Source: Alphaproteobacteria bacterium (GTDB taxonomy: Bacteria; Pseudomonadota; Alphaproteobacteria; CAAGCB01; CAG-977). From it: a DNA stretch of 64,000 bases. The notes beneath the pieces were generated by a model. The model did not search any database and was not told the DNA's origin. It saw only the letters and a program-made list of their open reading frames with translations. Position numbers and translations under genes: made by a program. The stretch is taken from contig CAAGEK010000024.1 of NCBI GenBank assembly GCA_900768845.1, forward strand, positions 3,001 through 67,000, given 5' to 3'. Below, piece after piece: positions 9,771 to 19,025 of this stretch (position 1 is its first letter; each line of letters opens with the position of its first letter).

Positions 9771-10450
9771 TGGGGAGCGATTTGATTTTATACAGTACCG
9801 CGGACGGGAAAACGAAAATCAGTCTGCAGAAAACCGACGGGACGGTTTGGCTGACCCAAGCGCAAATGGCGGAACTGTTCGACTGTAAGAAACAAAACAT
9901 CAGCCTGCACATTAAAAAAATATTTGACGAAGGTGAATTGGAACAGAATTCAGTTGTCAAGCGTTACTTGACAACTGCCTCTGACGGCAAGGAGTACTCT
10001 ACACTTTTTTATTCTCTTGATATGATTTTGGCGGTCGGTATGCGGGTGCGCTCTGTTCGCGGAACGCAGTTCCGGCAATGGGCGATCGAGCATTTAAAGG
10101 AATACCTTGTCAAAGGGTTTGTTTTGGACGACGACCGCTTAAAAGGATCGGTGCGAAGCGATTATTTTGATGAATTGCTTCAACGGATTCGGGACATTCG
10201 GGCGTCCGCGTTGCGCTTTTATCAAAAAGTCAGAGATTTATTTGTCCTCGCGGTTGACTACAAGGGAAAAGAGGAAGAAACGGCGGAATTTTTTGCAATC
10301 GTTCAAAATAAATTATTATATGCCGTGGCACGGAAAACGGCGGCGGAACTGATTGTCTCCAGAGCCGATCCGTCTATGCCGAATATGAATCTGGGAAAAC
10401 TGCGCCGCGTCGGTTCCGACAAAGGCGGGAAATGGGATGTAATCAAATGA
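9770..10450 (+). CDS. RhuM-family protein (Pfam Virulence_RhuM)
   Basis: The N-terminus LILYSTADGKTKISLQKTDGTVWLTQAQMAELF and C-terminus KTAAELIVSRADPSMPNMNL are characteristic of RhuM proteins commonly embedded in type I RM loci. The ATG at 9770 overlaps the hsdM stop (TGATG). Confidence 0.8.
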   Translation: MGSDLILYSTADGKTKISLQKTDGTVWLTQAQMAELFDCKKQNISLHIKKIFDEGELEQNSVVKRYLTTASDGKEYSTLFYSLDMILAVGMRVRSVRGTQFRQWAIEHLKEYLVKGFVLDDDRLKGSVRSDYFDELLQRIRDIRASALRFYQKVRDLFVLAVDYKGKEEETAEFFAIVQNKLLYAVARKTAAELIVSRADPSMPNMNLGKLRRVGSDKGGKWDVIK

Positions 10451-11421
10451 CGGACGAGATTATAAAATATAATATTGCCGATGAATCTTTTGAAATCCGT
10501 CCCGATTATGAACAGGATACGGTTTGGATGACAAAAGCGGAAATGGCGCATCTGTTCGGGATAGACCGTTCCGGTGTTTCCCGCCACATTTCCAAAGCGT
10601 TTAAGAACAACGAACTGAACAAAAAAAGCAATGTGCAAAAAATGCACATTCCAAATTCGGACAGACCTGTTGAATTTTTTGACTTGGATGCGATTTTATA
10701 CGTCGGATATAAAACGGATTCTCAACGGGCTGTCCAATTCAGGAAATGGGCAAACCGCGTTTTAAAACAATATTTGTTAGAGGGCTTCACTCTTAATCAG
10801 AAAAAATTACAGGAGGAACAGGGGAAAAAATTCTCCGCTTTGCAGAAAGCCGTTGATTCAGTGCAAAGAGGGATAAAACGCCAAATAACGTCTTTAGACG
10901 AAGCGGACATGTTAATGCGGATTTTATCCGATTTTTCGCAGGGATTAAAGTTGTTGGACGATTTTGACAACAATGCGTTAGATGTACGCGGAAAAACGGA
11001 CAAAGAAGCCGTAAAAATCGAAGTCGCCGAATTTTTGACGGTGATTGATAAAATGAAACCGCAGTTCGGATCGGACGTGTTCGCCAATCCGAAAGACGAT
11101 GGTTTTAACAGTTCCGTCAATCAGATTTATCAAACATTCGGCGGGCAGGATTGCTATCCGACATTGGAAGAAAAAGCGGCAATGTTGCTTTACCTGATTA
11201 CCAAAAATCACAGCTTTTCGGACGGGAATAAACGCATCGCGGCACAATGTTTTTTGTATTTTCTGGAAAAGAACGGGCTTCTGTATCACCACGGACAAAC
11301 GTTGATCGACAATGCGACGTTGGCGGCGGTAACGGTTTTGATTGCTGAAAGCAGACCGGATGAAATGGAAACAATCAAACAAATGGTTGTCAGTATTTTG
11401 AACAGGAATAAAATGCAATAA
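10447..11421 (+). CDS. Fusion protein with an N-terminal RhuM-like domain and a C-terminal Fic/Doc (death-on-curing) toxin-like domain
   Basis: The start overlaps the preceding stop (ATGA). The N-terminus IIKYNIADESFEIRPDYEQDTVWMTKAEMAHLF parallels the RhuM N-domain. The C-terminus carries the Doc/Fic core motif HSFSDGNKRIAAQ (HxFx[DE]GNKR). Confidence 0.75.
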   Translation: MTDEIIKYNIADESFEIRPDYEQDTVWMTKAEMAHLFGIDRSGVSRHISKAFKNNELNKKSNVQKMHIPNSDRPVEFFDLDAILYVGYKTDSQRAVQFRKWANRVLKQYLLEGFTLNQKKLQEEQGKKFSALQKAVDSVQRGIKRQITSLDEADMLMRILSDFSQGLKLLDDFDNNALDVRGKTDKEAVKIEVAEFLTVIDKMKPQFGSDVFANPKDDGFNSSVNQIYQTFGGQDCYPTLEEKAAMLLYLITKNHSFSDGNKRIAAQCFLYFLEKNGLLYHHGQTLIDNATLAAVTVLIAESRPDEMETIKQMVVSILNRNKMQ

Positions 11422-11463
11422 AAGCGGACGGGATCAAGCGGAATTTGAAAAAGCTGAAAAAAG

Positions 11464-11500
11464 CGGGAAAACTGCGCCGCGTCGGTCTAGATAAAGGGAA
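11464..11500 (+). repeat. Duplicated 3'-end fragment of a rhuM-like gene (recombination scar)
   Basis: GGGAAAACTGCGCCGCGTCGGT at 11464-11485 is identical to 10393-10414 (end of rhuM). It translates as ...AGKLRRVGLDKGNKQ, a remnant RhuM C-terminus. Confidence 0.55.
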
Positions 11501-11632
11501 TAAACAGGTTGAAACGCAAGAAAAAACAGCCAAATTTTTCATTTTTTGATTGATTTATTTTGTGAAATAATAAAATATAGTTGCAATCAAAACGATGAAA
11601 ACAGTAAGTAGGAATTGATTGAAGGAAAGAAT

Positions 11633-12991
11633 ATGGCTGATACAGAATATTTAGATGAAGAACGCAAAAAAACATGGGAGCGTATAGAAGCCCTTGAAAA
11701 GGCTTTGCCGGCAATTCAGAAACTGGCAAACGAGGCTAAAAGCATTGCAGAAAGTAAAATAAGCACAACAGAAGCAGAAGCTAAAAAAGCTTTTGATAAT
11801 GCAGAATTACTTATGCAGAAAACGGAACAGCAAAGAATAGAAACATCTAACATTCTTAGAGAAATAGAAGAGATTTCAAAAAACTACAAAGAAAATAAGA
11901 ATAATCTTAAACATGCAATAAAAATTGCAAATGAAATTAGTGAAAAATTCTATCAGCTTGCTAAGGAAGAAACGGATATATCAGAAACTCAAAATCGGAT
12001 CAAAGTATTACAAAATGAAGTTTCTACCGAATTAGGCATAGCAAAAGCATCAAGAGAAAGTATTGTTACGATTGAAGCAGAAGTAAATTCTTCTTTAAAA
12101 AGGATAACTGATTTACAAACAACTGCAAAGGAACGAAAATCTGATATTGATGATTTATATAATGAAATTATGGGAGAAGAAAAACCAGACGGGGAACGCG
12201 AAGGAGGCTTAAAAGACAAATTGAACAAAAGCTATTTTGTAATTGAAGAAAAAATGAAAAAGTATTCAGAAAGTTTTGAAATTTTAAAAAATACATATGA
12301 CTCTGAATATGAAATTCGAAAAGAAAAATTGGATGAGTTAATGCCGGAAGCAATGGCAAAAGGATTGAGTGCTGCTTATGTTTCTCAAAAAAATGATGAA
12401 ATAAAACACAGAAAAATATCTTCTATTGTTTTTACACTAGCCATTGTTTCAATGGTACTAGTTTCATTAATTCCTGTTTATATTAATTTTTCTTTGCACA
12501 TTGAAAGTTTAAATAAAATGCAAGATTTAATAAAGAATTTTCCAAAAATGCTATCTTTAGTTATTCCTATCTATTTTCCGTTATTTTGGATAGCTTGGAC
12601 TTCGAATAAATCTATCAATCTATCAAAACGTTTAATAGAAGAATATGCTCATAAAGAAGTTCTAAGCAAAACTTATCTCGGATTAGTCAAGCAAATTCAA
12701 GATTTGCCGCAAGAAAATATGTCCCATGAATTACGGGCAAAATTACTATTTAATATGATAATAACTAGTGCAGAAAACCCTGGAAAACTAATTACAGATT
12801 ACAATAAAACTGATAATCCTTTAATGGAAATTATGGATAAAACAGCTGCAGTTGCAAATGCTGTGGATAAGTTTAAAAATATTCCAGGCATCTCGCAATT
12901 TGCAAAGTACCTAAATAAAAAAGCTGAAGAAGCTGAAAGAGAATTCTTGAAAAAAGCAACATCTGAAATTGATGATAAGGAAAGTGAATAG
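11633..12991 (+). CDS. Hypothetical membrane protein with an N-terminal coiled coil, two central transmembrane helices and a C-terminal soluble domain; candidate defence effector
   Basis: 452 aa from ATG 11633 (AAGGAAAG ribosome-binding site). The region is strongly AT-rich relative to its flanks. The coiled-coil-like region spans about 1-250. The two hydrophobic helices are ISSIVFTLAIVSMVLVSLIPVYINF and MLSLVIPIYFPLFWIAWTS. I recognise no family. Confidence 0.6.
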   Translation: MADTEYLDEERKKTWERIEALEKALPAIQKLANEAKSIAESKISTTEAEAKKAFDNAELLMQKTEQQRIETSNILREIEEISKNYKENKNNLKHAIKIANEISEKFYQLAKEETDISETQNRIKVLQNEVSTELGIAKASRESIVTIEAEVNSSLKRITDLQTTAKERKSDIDDLYNEIMGEEKPDGEREGGLKDKLNKSYFVIEEKMKKYSESFEILKNTYDSEYEIRKEKLDELMPEAMAKGLSAAYVSQKNDEIKHRKISSIVFTLAIVSMVLVSLIPVYINFSLHIESLNKMQDLIKNFPKMLSLVIPIYFPLFWIAWTSNKSINLSKRLIEEYAHKEVLSKTYLGLVKQIQDLPQENMSHELRAKLLFNMIITSAENPGKLITDYNKTDNPLMEIMDKTAAVANAVDKFKNIPGISQFAKYLNKKAEEAEREFLKKATSEIDDKESE

Positions 12992-13023
12992 AACACAATA
13001 CCAAAAATGATAAGGAGAAATAA

Positions 13024-14298
13024 ATGACAAAAACTAATCAAAAAATCCCTGAGAGGTGGAGTGTTACAAGACTTGAACTTTTAGGAGAATTTTCGAAAGG
13101 TTCAGGAATAACAAAAAATGATTTGATGCAAAACGGTTTGCCTTGTGTCAGATATGCCGAATTATATACAAAATTTGATTTTATAATTCCTTGCTGTATT
13201 TCATTTATATCCGAAGAAACAGCAAAAACGGCGAAACCGATTCGAATTGGAGATATTCTGTTCGCAGGCTCTGGAGAAACAAAGGAAGAAATAGGGAAAT
13301 GTGCTGTTTATATGAATCCTCTTATTGCTTATGCCGGAGGGGATAATATTATTTTCAGAACGACTAATGTAGTTCCTTTATATTTAAGTTTTTATCTAAA
13401 CACTTTAGGGCGGAAACAATTAAATAAACTTGGACAGGGGGATTCTATTGTTCATATTCATTCTAACGATTTGAAAAATGTTATTGTGCCTTTACCCCCA
13501 CTTGCAGAACAAGAGAAGATTGCGGAAATATTGGGGTGTTGGGACGACGGCATCGAAAAATTAAGCCGGTTGATTGAACAAAAGAAGTTGTTGAAAAAAG
13601 GGTTGATGCAACGCCTGTTGTCCGGCAAACAACGACTCTCCGGCTTCTCTGAACCATGGAGTATAAAAAAACTAGGAGAAATGGGGAAATTCGTATCAGG
13701 GGGAACGCCAGACACTGAAAAATCGAAATATTGGGACGGAAATATAATTTGGCTTACTCCCTCGGAAATAACAAAATTATCGACAAGGTTTGTGTCAGAG
13801 AGTGAAAGAAAAATAACAGACTTAGGATTAAAAAATAGTTCTGCTGTTTTGCTGCCAATCGGAAGTTTGATTATTTGTACAAGAGCAACCATTGGAGATT
13901 GTTGTATAAACATAAAAGAGGTTTCTACAAATCAAGGATTTAAAAATTTAATTCCGGAAAACAGCAATATTGATTTTCTATATTATATCATTTCATCACA
14001 TAAAACTGATTTAATCAGAAGAGCAAGTGGAAGCACTTTTCTTGAAATTTCAAAGCACGATATTGAAAAATTAAAATACTCTGTTCCCTCTCTTTCCGAA
14101 CAAAAGGCGATTGCGGACATTCTTTCCAAAGCGGACGAGGAAATCGACTTGCTGACTTCAAAATTGTCCGCGTTAAAATCGCAAAAAAAAGGCTTGATGC
14201 AAAAACTCTTAACCGGTCAAATCCGTGTAAAGGTGGATTCCGCCGCCCCTCTTTGCGAGCGAAGCGAAACAATCCAAAAAAGGCAGGTGACGGAATGA
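13024..14298 (+). CDS. hsdS: Type I restriction-modification specificity subunit (full-length, two TRDs)
   Basis: 424 aa with two variable TRDs and conserved central/C-terminal repeats (LAEQEKIAEILGCWDDGIEKL...; LSEQKAIADILSKADEEIDLL...LLTGQIRV). TRD1 is AT-rich. Confidence 0.85.
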   Translation: MTKTNQKIPERWSVTRLELLGEFSKGSGITKNDLMQNGLPCVRYAELYTKFDFIIPCCISFISEETAKTAKPIRIGDILFAGSGETKEEIGKCAVYMNPLIAYAGGDNIIFRTTNVVPLYLSFYLNTLGRKQLNKLGQGDSIVHIHSNDLKNVIVPLPPLAEQEKIAEILGCWDDGIEKLSRLIEQKKLLKKGLMQRLLSGKQRLSGFSEPWSIKKLGEMGKFVSGGTPDTEKSKYWDGNIIWLTPSEITKLSTRFVSESERKITDLGLKNSSAVLLPIGSLIICTRATIGDCCINIKEVSTNQGFKNLIPENSNIDFLYYIISSHKTDLIRRASGSTFLEISKHDIEKLKYSVPSLSEQKAIADILSKADEEIDLLTSKLSALKSQKKGLMQKLLTGQIRVKVDSAAPLCERSETIQKRQVTE

Positions 14299-14479
14299 GA
14301 AAAAAAATAAATCGCTTCGTCGCTATCGCTTCTGGCAATGACGAAAAAACGGGAAAAGAGAATAATGCAAAAAATAACCTCGGAGTGGTAACGCTACCAA
14401 GGCGCCATAGCACTTTCCGAGGACTATTGAGGGGTAAGATATCATTTTTCACGGATTTGTCAAGGGGGAATGAACGTCA

Positions 14480-15124
14480 ATGTTACAGTTATTGAAAGAA
14501 AGCTTTTCGGAACAACGTTTAAGCACTTATCAGCGAATAGCTGCAACAAAAGGGCTGTCTGAAGGAAAAGCAGTCGAATTATATAAAATCAATATCTTAA
14601 TTTGTGAAGAACTTTATGCCTTTATTGATTGTGTCGAAGTTTGTTTGCGCAATAAGATTCATAAAAAAATGACGGAGGCTTTCAAATGTCAAACATGGTA
14701 CGATTCCGTGCAATGGCTTCCCTTGCATCAGGACAGTCTGGATAACGCTAAAAAAGTTAAGTACCCTCAGGAAATACCTTCAGCTAATGATGTTATAGCC
14801 AGACTGAATTTCGGATTTTGGTGTCATATTTTTGACGCTTTTTATGAGCAACGTTTATGGATTCCGGTCTTACGTTTTCTTTTTCCCAATTATGCAGGCG
14901 CACCGTCGCGAAAGCATATATCCAACGTTTTCAACAAATTATTGAAAATAAGAAACAGAATTGCCCACTTTGAGCCTGTTATTAAAGACGAAGCGGATTT
15001 ACTCAAAAGCTATAATCAACCGGTAGAAGTTATAAATTGGATGAATCCGGAAATATATAATTGGTTTGAAACATTTAACAGATTTAAAGAACTTTACAGA
15101 CAACTGAAGTCTGGCGATTTTTAA
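14480..15124 (+). CDS. Abi_2-family (AbiD/AbiF-like) abortive-infection protein
   Basis: 214 aa. The conserved C-terminal motif LLKIRNRIAHFEPV (RNxxAH) and overall composition match Pfam Abi_2. It sits between hsdS and hsdR. Confidence 0.65.
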   Translation: MLQLLKESFSEQRLSTYQRIAATKGLSEGKAVELYKINILICEELYAFIDCVEVCLRNKIHKKMTEAFKCQTWYDSVQWLPLHQDSLDNAKKVKYPQEIPSANDVIARLNFGFWCHIFDAFYEQRLWIPVLRFLFPNYAGAPSRKHISNVFNKLLKIRNRIAHFEPVIKDEADLLKSYNQPVEVINWMNPEIYNWFETFNRFKELYRQLKSGDF

Positions 15125-15139
15125 AGAAAGGGCTGAAAA

Positions 15140-18100
15140 ATGACCGACTCTTATGTTCATCTTTTCTTTGATGAAGCGTGTCAATCGCAGTTGCCGTGCG
15201 TGGAAATGCTGGTCAATATGGGGTGGGAGTTTTTGCCTCTTGCCGATTTGGAAGCCGCACGGGAAAAAAATCCCGCCAAATCCGTTCTGAAATCCGTTTG
15301 CGAACAGGCTTTGGATAAAATCAACCGTTTTGAACATTTGGACAAGTCTTATCATTTCTCGCCCAAAAACATCGCTAACGCCGTTTTCGATTTGGAAAAT
15401 TTCCCGATGAAGGGGCTGATGACGACTTCCGCAGAAGTTTATGCCGATTTAATCGCCGGACGGGATTTAAAGGAATTTGTGCAAAATAAAGAATCTTCTT
15501 TCGATTTTAGGTTTTTCGATTTTGAGCATATCGAAAACAACCGTTTCCAAGTCGCTGTCGAAGTTCCTTTACGCGGCAAAGAAAACATTCGTCCCGACAT
15601 CGTTTTGTATGTCAACGGCATTCCCCTTGTCGTCATAGAAAACAAAAAATCCGCCGTCAGTGTGCAGGAAGCGGTCGTTCAGCTGATTGATTATCAAGCG
15701 AAGTTTCCGCGCTTTTTTTTGTTTCCTCAGTTGTTAATCGCGACGAACAAATCTGAATTTCTTTACGGAACGACAGGAACGCCTAAAAAATTTTATTCCG
15801 TATGGCAGACGGAGGATTTTGACGAAGAGGCGTGTCTGAACGCGATGACAAAAAAAATCGACGACGCCGTTTATCAAAAAATCCTTGCCGATTTGAACGG
15901 AGCGACTTTCAATCATCGCCAAAATACGGGAAAGAGGCTGATTTCAGAACAGGATCGCGGCGTTTTTGAGCTGTTGCAACCCGTCAGATTGATGCGGCTG
16001 ATTAAAAACTTTATCCTTTATGATGCGGACAAGAAAAAAATCGCCCGCCATCAGCAAATTCGCGCCATTTCCAAAACGATGGACGCCATTCGCTCTTTTG
16101 ACGGTAATTCCCGCAAAGGCGGTTTGATCTGGCATACGCAGGGATCGGGAAAAACGTTGACAATGGTGATGTTGGCAAGAGCGATCTTTTCGGACAAATC
16201 CATCAAAGATCCCCGTGTCATCGTTGTAACGGACAGAAAGGATTTGGACCGGCATATCCGCGACACGTTTAAACAGTGCAAGTTGAAACAGGGCGTTATG
16301 CAGGCGAAATCCGGCGCGGATCTGATAAAAAAACTGGAAGACCTTGAAAAGGTTGAAAATCTGGAAAATCCCAAAGGACGGGTCATTACGACTTTGGTAC
16401 ATAAGTTTGACGCGGCATTTAAAAAACGGTCGACTTTCAAAGACGAAGATCCGAATATCTTTATCTTTATTGACGAAGCGCACAGAACGCAAACGGGACA
16501 GGCCAATGCGAACATGGGAAAAATCCTGCCGAACGCGTGCGTCATCGCTTTTACCGGAACGCCCTTGATGAAAGGGGAACACGCCAGTTATCTGAAATAC
16601 GGGGGTTATATCGACAAATATACGATAGACGAAGCCTTGCACGATAAAAATATTCTGCCGTTGATGTATGAACAACGTCAAATCCGGTTTGAACAGTATG
16701 AAGGGTTGGTCAGGAAAAAGATCGATGATGACGAGGATTTTAAAAAGCTGTCCGATGAAAACAGGAAAAAATTACAGCAGGAAATCAAAGCGCGTGTTCT
16801 GTTCGAGCTTGACGACGTCGTTTCGGATATCGGCAAAGATATACAAAAGCATTTTATGAAAAACGCTTTTCTGACGGATGGAACGCCGAACGGATTTAAA
16901 GCGCAACTTGTCACGCCGTCCAAGGCTTCCGCCGTTAAATTTCAGCATTTTTTTGAAAATCAAACAGATATCGAAACCGCCGTCGTCATTTCAAACGAAG
17001 TCGGTAAAAATGAAAAGGATATTGAAGAAAAAAAAGAAGTTCGCGAGTTCCTGAAAGAAAAAACGGAAAAATCAGGAACATTGGACAAGTACGAAGAACA
17101 ATGTATCGACAGTTTTACGAACAACGATGACGGGATTCAAATTCTGATCGTTGTTGATAAACTCTTGACGGGGTTTGACGCGCCCAGAAACACTTTTTTG
17201 TATTTATTGCGCCCGTTGCAGGATCACAACCTGTTACAGGCGATTGCCCGCGTCAACCGTTTGTGCGATGAAACAAAAGAACAGAAAACGGCGGGATTTA
17301 TCATCGACTATTCCAAAAATCAGGAACATATCACGGACGCGATGCGGTTGTTTTCCAAATACAATCAGGAAGACGTCGCCGGAGCTTTAGAGGATTTGAA
17401 TAAAAAAATCGACGAACTGGACGGTTGTTATCAGGACGTGATCCGCTTGTTCAAACACTTGAAAAACTCGATCGATGAGGAAGAATATATCAGGGCTTTG
17501 GCAGATGAAGAGGCTAGAAAAGATTTTTATAAAAAACTGAACCGCTTTATTTCCGTATTTTCGGAAGCCGTGCTTTTCCGCGATTTTGAAACGACTTTCG
17601 GAAATGAAAAATCGGCTTTGTATAAGAAGCAATCCTTAAAGTTTTTGAACATCAAAAAATCCGCTGTTTGCCGTTATGCCGATGTGGTCGATTTGAGCGT
17701 CTACCGGCAAAAAATATACCGTGTTTTACAATCTGCCGTCAGTGTTGAGGAAATTAAAGAAGTTACTCAAAGCGTCGATATTATGAACCTGAACGGCATG
17801 AAAAAAGATCTGGAAAAGTTTTCTCCGAAATCCGCCGCGGAAGCCATGCTCGCGAACATGACGAGAAAGACTTCCGTTCTGATGGAAACCGATCCCGAAT
17901 TTTATAAGTCTTTTTATGAGAAAATTCAGGAGTTGATTGAAAAGCTGAACAAGGCCGACGCCGATTACGAAGAATTGTTTTCGGATGCGCAAGTCTTACA
18001 GCAGGAATTGATCAACCATGAATGCGAAAAATCTTCCGCAGACAGAACCGCGGATTTGTTCTACCGCAATTTGAGCCCCTTGTTTGAAAAAATCAAAGAT

Positions 18101-18322
18101 CGAAACTTACAGGAGGAAATCGGGAAACTGACGGATTTCTTCAAAAAGAATTTGATTGTCGAATGGTCGGTCAATGATGAAACGCAACGTATGCTCAAAA
18201 CGAAAATCGACGATTATCTGTATGATACTTACGGCGCGATTTTGAACGATACTTCGTGGGATATTGCCGAAGCTTTGATGAATTTGTCTTTGCATAACAA
18301 AGAGCTGTTCGATGTCCGATAA
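15140..18322 (+). CDS. hsdR: Type I restriction endonuclease R subunit (helicase/nuclease)
   Basis: 1060 aa. N-terminal nuclease region (VVIENKK), SF2 helicase motifs I (HTQGSGKTLTM) and II (FIFIDEAHRTQTG), and a C-terminal HsdR helical domain. Confidence 0.9.
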   Translation: MTDSYVHLFFDEACQSQLPCVEMLVNMGWEFLPLADLEAAREKNPAKSVLKSVCEQALDKINRFEHLDKSYHFSPKNIANAVFDLENFPMKGLMTTSAEVYADLIAGRDLKEFVQNKESSFDFRFFDFEHIENNRFQVAVEVPLRGKENIRPDIVLYVNGIPLVVIENKKSAVSVQEAVVQLIDYQAKFPRFFLFPQLLIATNKSEFLYGTTGTPKKFYSVWQTEDFDEEACLNAMTKKIDDAVYQKILADLNGATFNHRQNTGKRLISEQDRGVFELLQPVRLMRLIKNFILYDADKKKIARHQQIRAISKTMDAIRSFDGNSRKGGLIWHTQGSGKTLTMVMLARAIFSDKSIKDPRVIVVTDRKDLDRHIRDTFKQCKLKQGVMQAKSGADLIKKLEDLEKVENLENPKGRVITTLVHKFDAAFKKRSTFKDEDPNIFIFIDEAHRTQTGQANANMGKILPNACVIAFTGTPLMKGEHASYLKYGGYIDKYTIDEALHDKNILPLMYEQRQIRFEQYEGLVRKKIDDDEDFKKLSDENRKKLQQEIKARVLFELDDVVSDIGKDIQKHFMKNAFLTDGTPNGFKAQLVTPSKASAVKFQHFFENQTDIETAVVISNEVGKNEKDIEEKKEVREFLKEKTEKSGTLDKYEEQCIDSFTNNDDGIQILIVVDKLLTGFDAPRNTFLYLLRPLQDHNLLQAIARVNRLCDETKEQKTAGFIIDYSKNQEHITDAMRLFSKYNQEDVAGALEDLNKKIDELDGCYQDVIRLFKHLKNSIDEEEYIRALADEEARKDFYKKLNRFISVFSEAVLFRDFETTFGNEKSALYKKQSLKFLNIKKSAVCRYADVVDLSVYRQKIYRVLQSAVSVEEIKEVTQSVDIMNLNGMKKDLEKFSPKSAAEAMLANMTRKTSVLMETDPEFYKSFYEKIQELIEKLNKADADYEELFSDAQVLQQELINHECEKSSADRTADLFYRNLSPLFEKIKDRNLQEEIGKLTDFFKKNLIVEWSVNDETQRMLKTKIDDYLYDTYGAILNDTSWDIAEALMNLSLHNKELFDVR

Positions 18323-19025
18323 ACAAATATCCGTAGGGCAAAAAATTTATAATTATAACTTGTTGCTGTCTGAACGGAAAACGGCAACGATTTATATTTC
18401 AAACGATGCAAAGATTACTGTAAAAGCTCCGCTCAATGTCAGCATCGGCCGTATAGAAACATTTATCCGGCAAAAAGCAAAGTGGATTGCCGAGCAATTG
18501 GAAGAAGTGGAAAAATACAGGCAAATTTCCGATCGGAACAAATATTTGTCCGGTTCCGCTTTGCTTTATCTGGGGCGACAATACAAAGTCATTGTCAATC
18601 CCGCCCTTGAGCAGGAAAAGGTTCAACTGTTAAAAAACCGGATCGTTATTTTTACGAAACAGAACGTTCAAAACGAAATTCATAACGGATCGCTCGTTAA
18701 GCTTTGGTACGAAAAACGGCAAAAGCGCGTTTTTCGGGAGCGTTTCGCTTTGATTTCCGAGCAATTCCCCGATTTTGAAAATCCGAAACTGGCCGTGATT
18801 AAAATGAAAAACAGATGGGGATGCTATCGTATCAACGGCACGGTCGTTTTAAATCCGGAGCTGATCAAAGCGTCCAAACAATGTATCGACTATGTGCTTT
18901 ATCACGAGTTTTGCCACCATTTTTTCAGAAAACATGATGCGGACTTTTATAAAATGCTTGAAGAAAAAATGCCTGATTGGAAAAAGGTGAAAGAAAAACT
19001 TGAACTGCGATTTACATCAAATTAG
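18312..19025 (+). CDS. YgjP-like DUF45 / M48-family metallopeptidase-like protein
   Basis: 237 aa with HEFCHH (HExxH) near the C-terminus. It overlaps the hsdR stop. This family is frequently the last gene of type I RM operons. Confidence 0.8.
   Translation: MSDKQISVGQKIYNYNLLLSERKTATIYISNDAKITVKAPLNVSIGRIETFIRQKAKWIAEQLEEVEKYRQISDRNKYLSGSALLYLGRQYKVIVNPALEQEKVQLLKNRIVIFTKQNVQNEIHNGSLVKLWYEKRQKRVFRERFALISEQFPDFENPKLAVIKMKNRWGCYRINGTVVLNPELIKASKQCIDYVLYHEFCHHFFRKHDADFYKMLEEKMPDWKKVKEKLELRFTSN

Noticed and set aside
14253-14495. 80-aa ORF between hsdS and the Abi_2 gene
   Set aside because: It overlaps the hsdS 3' end and the Abi_2 start. It has a low-complexity basic sequence and no ribosome-binding site. 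The region more likely holds a structured RNA or promoter element.
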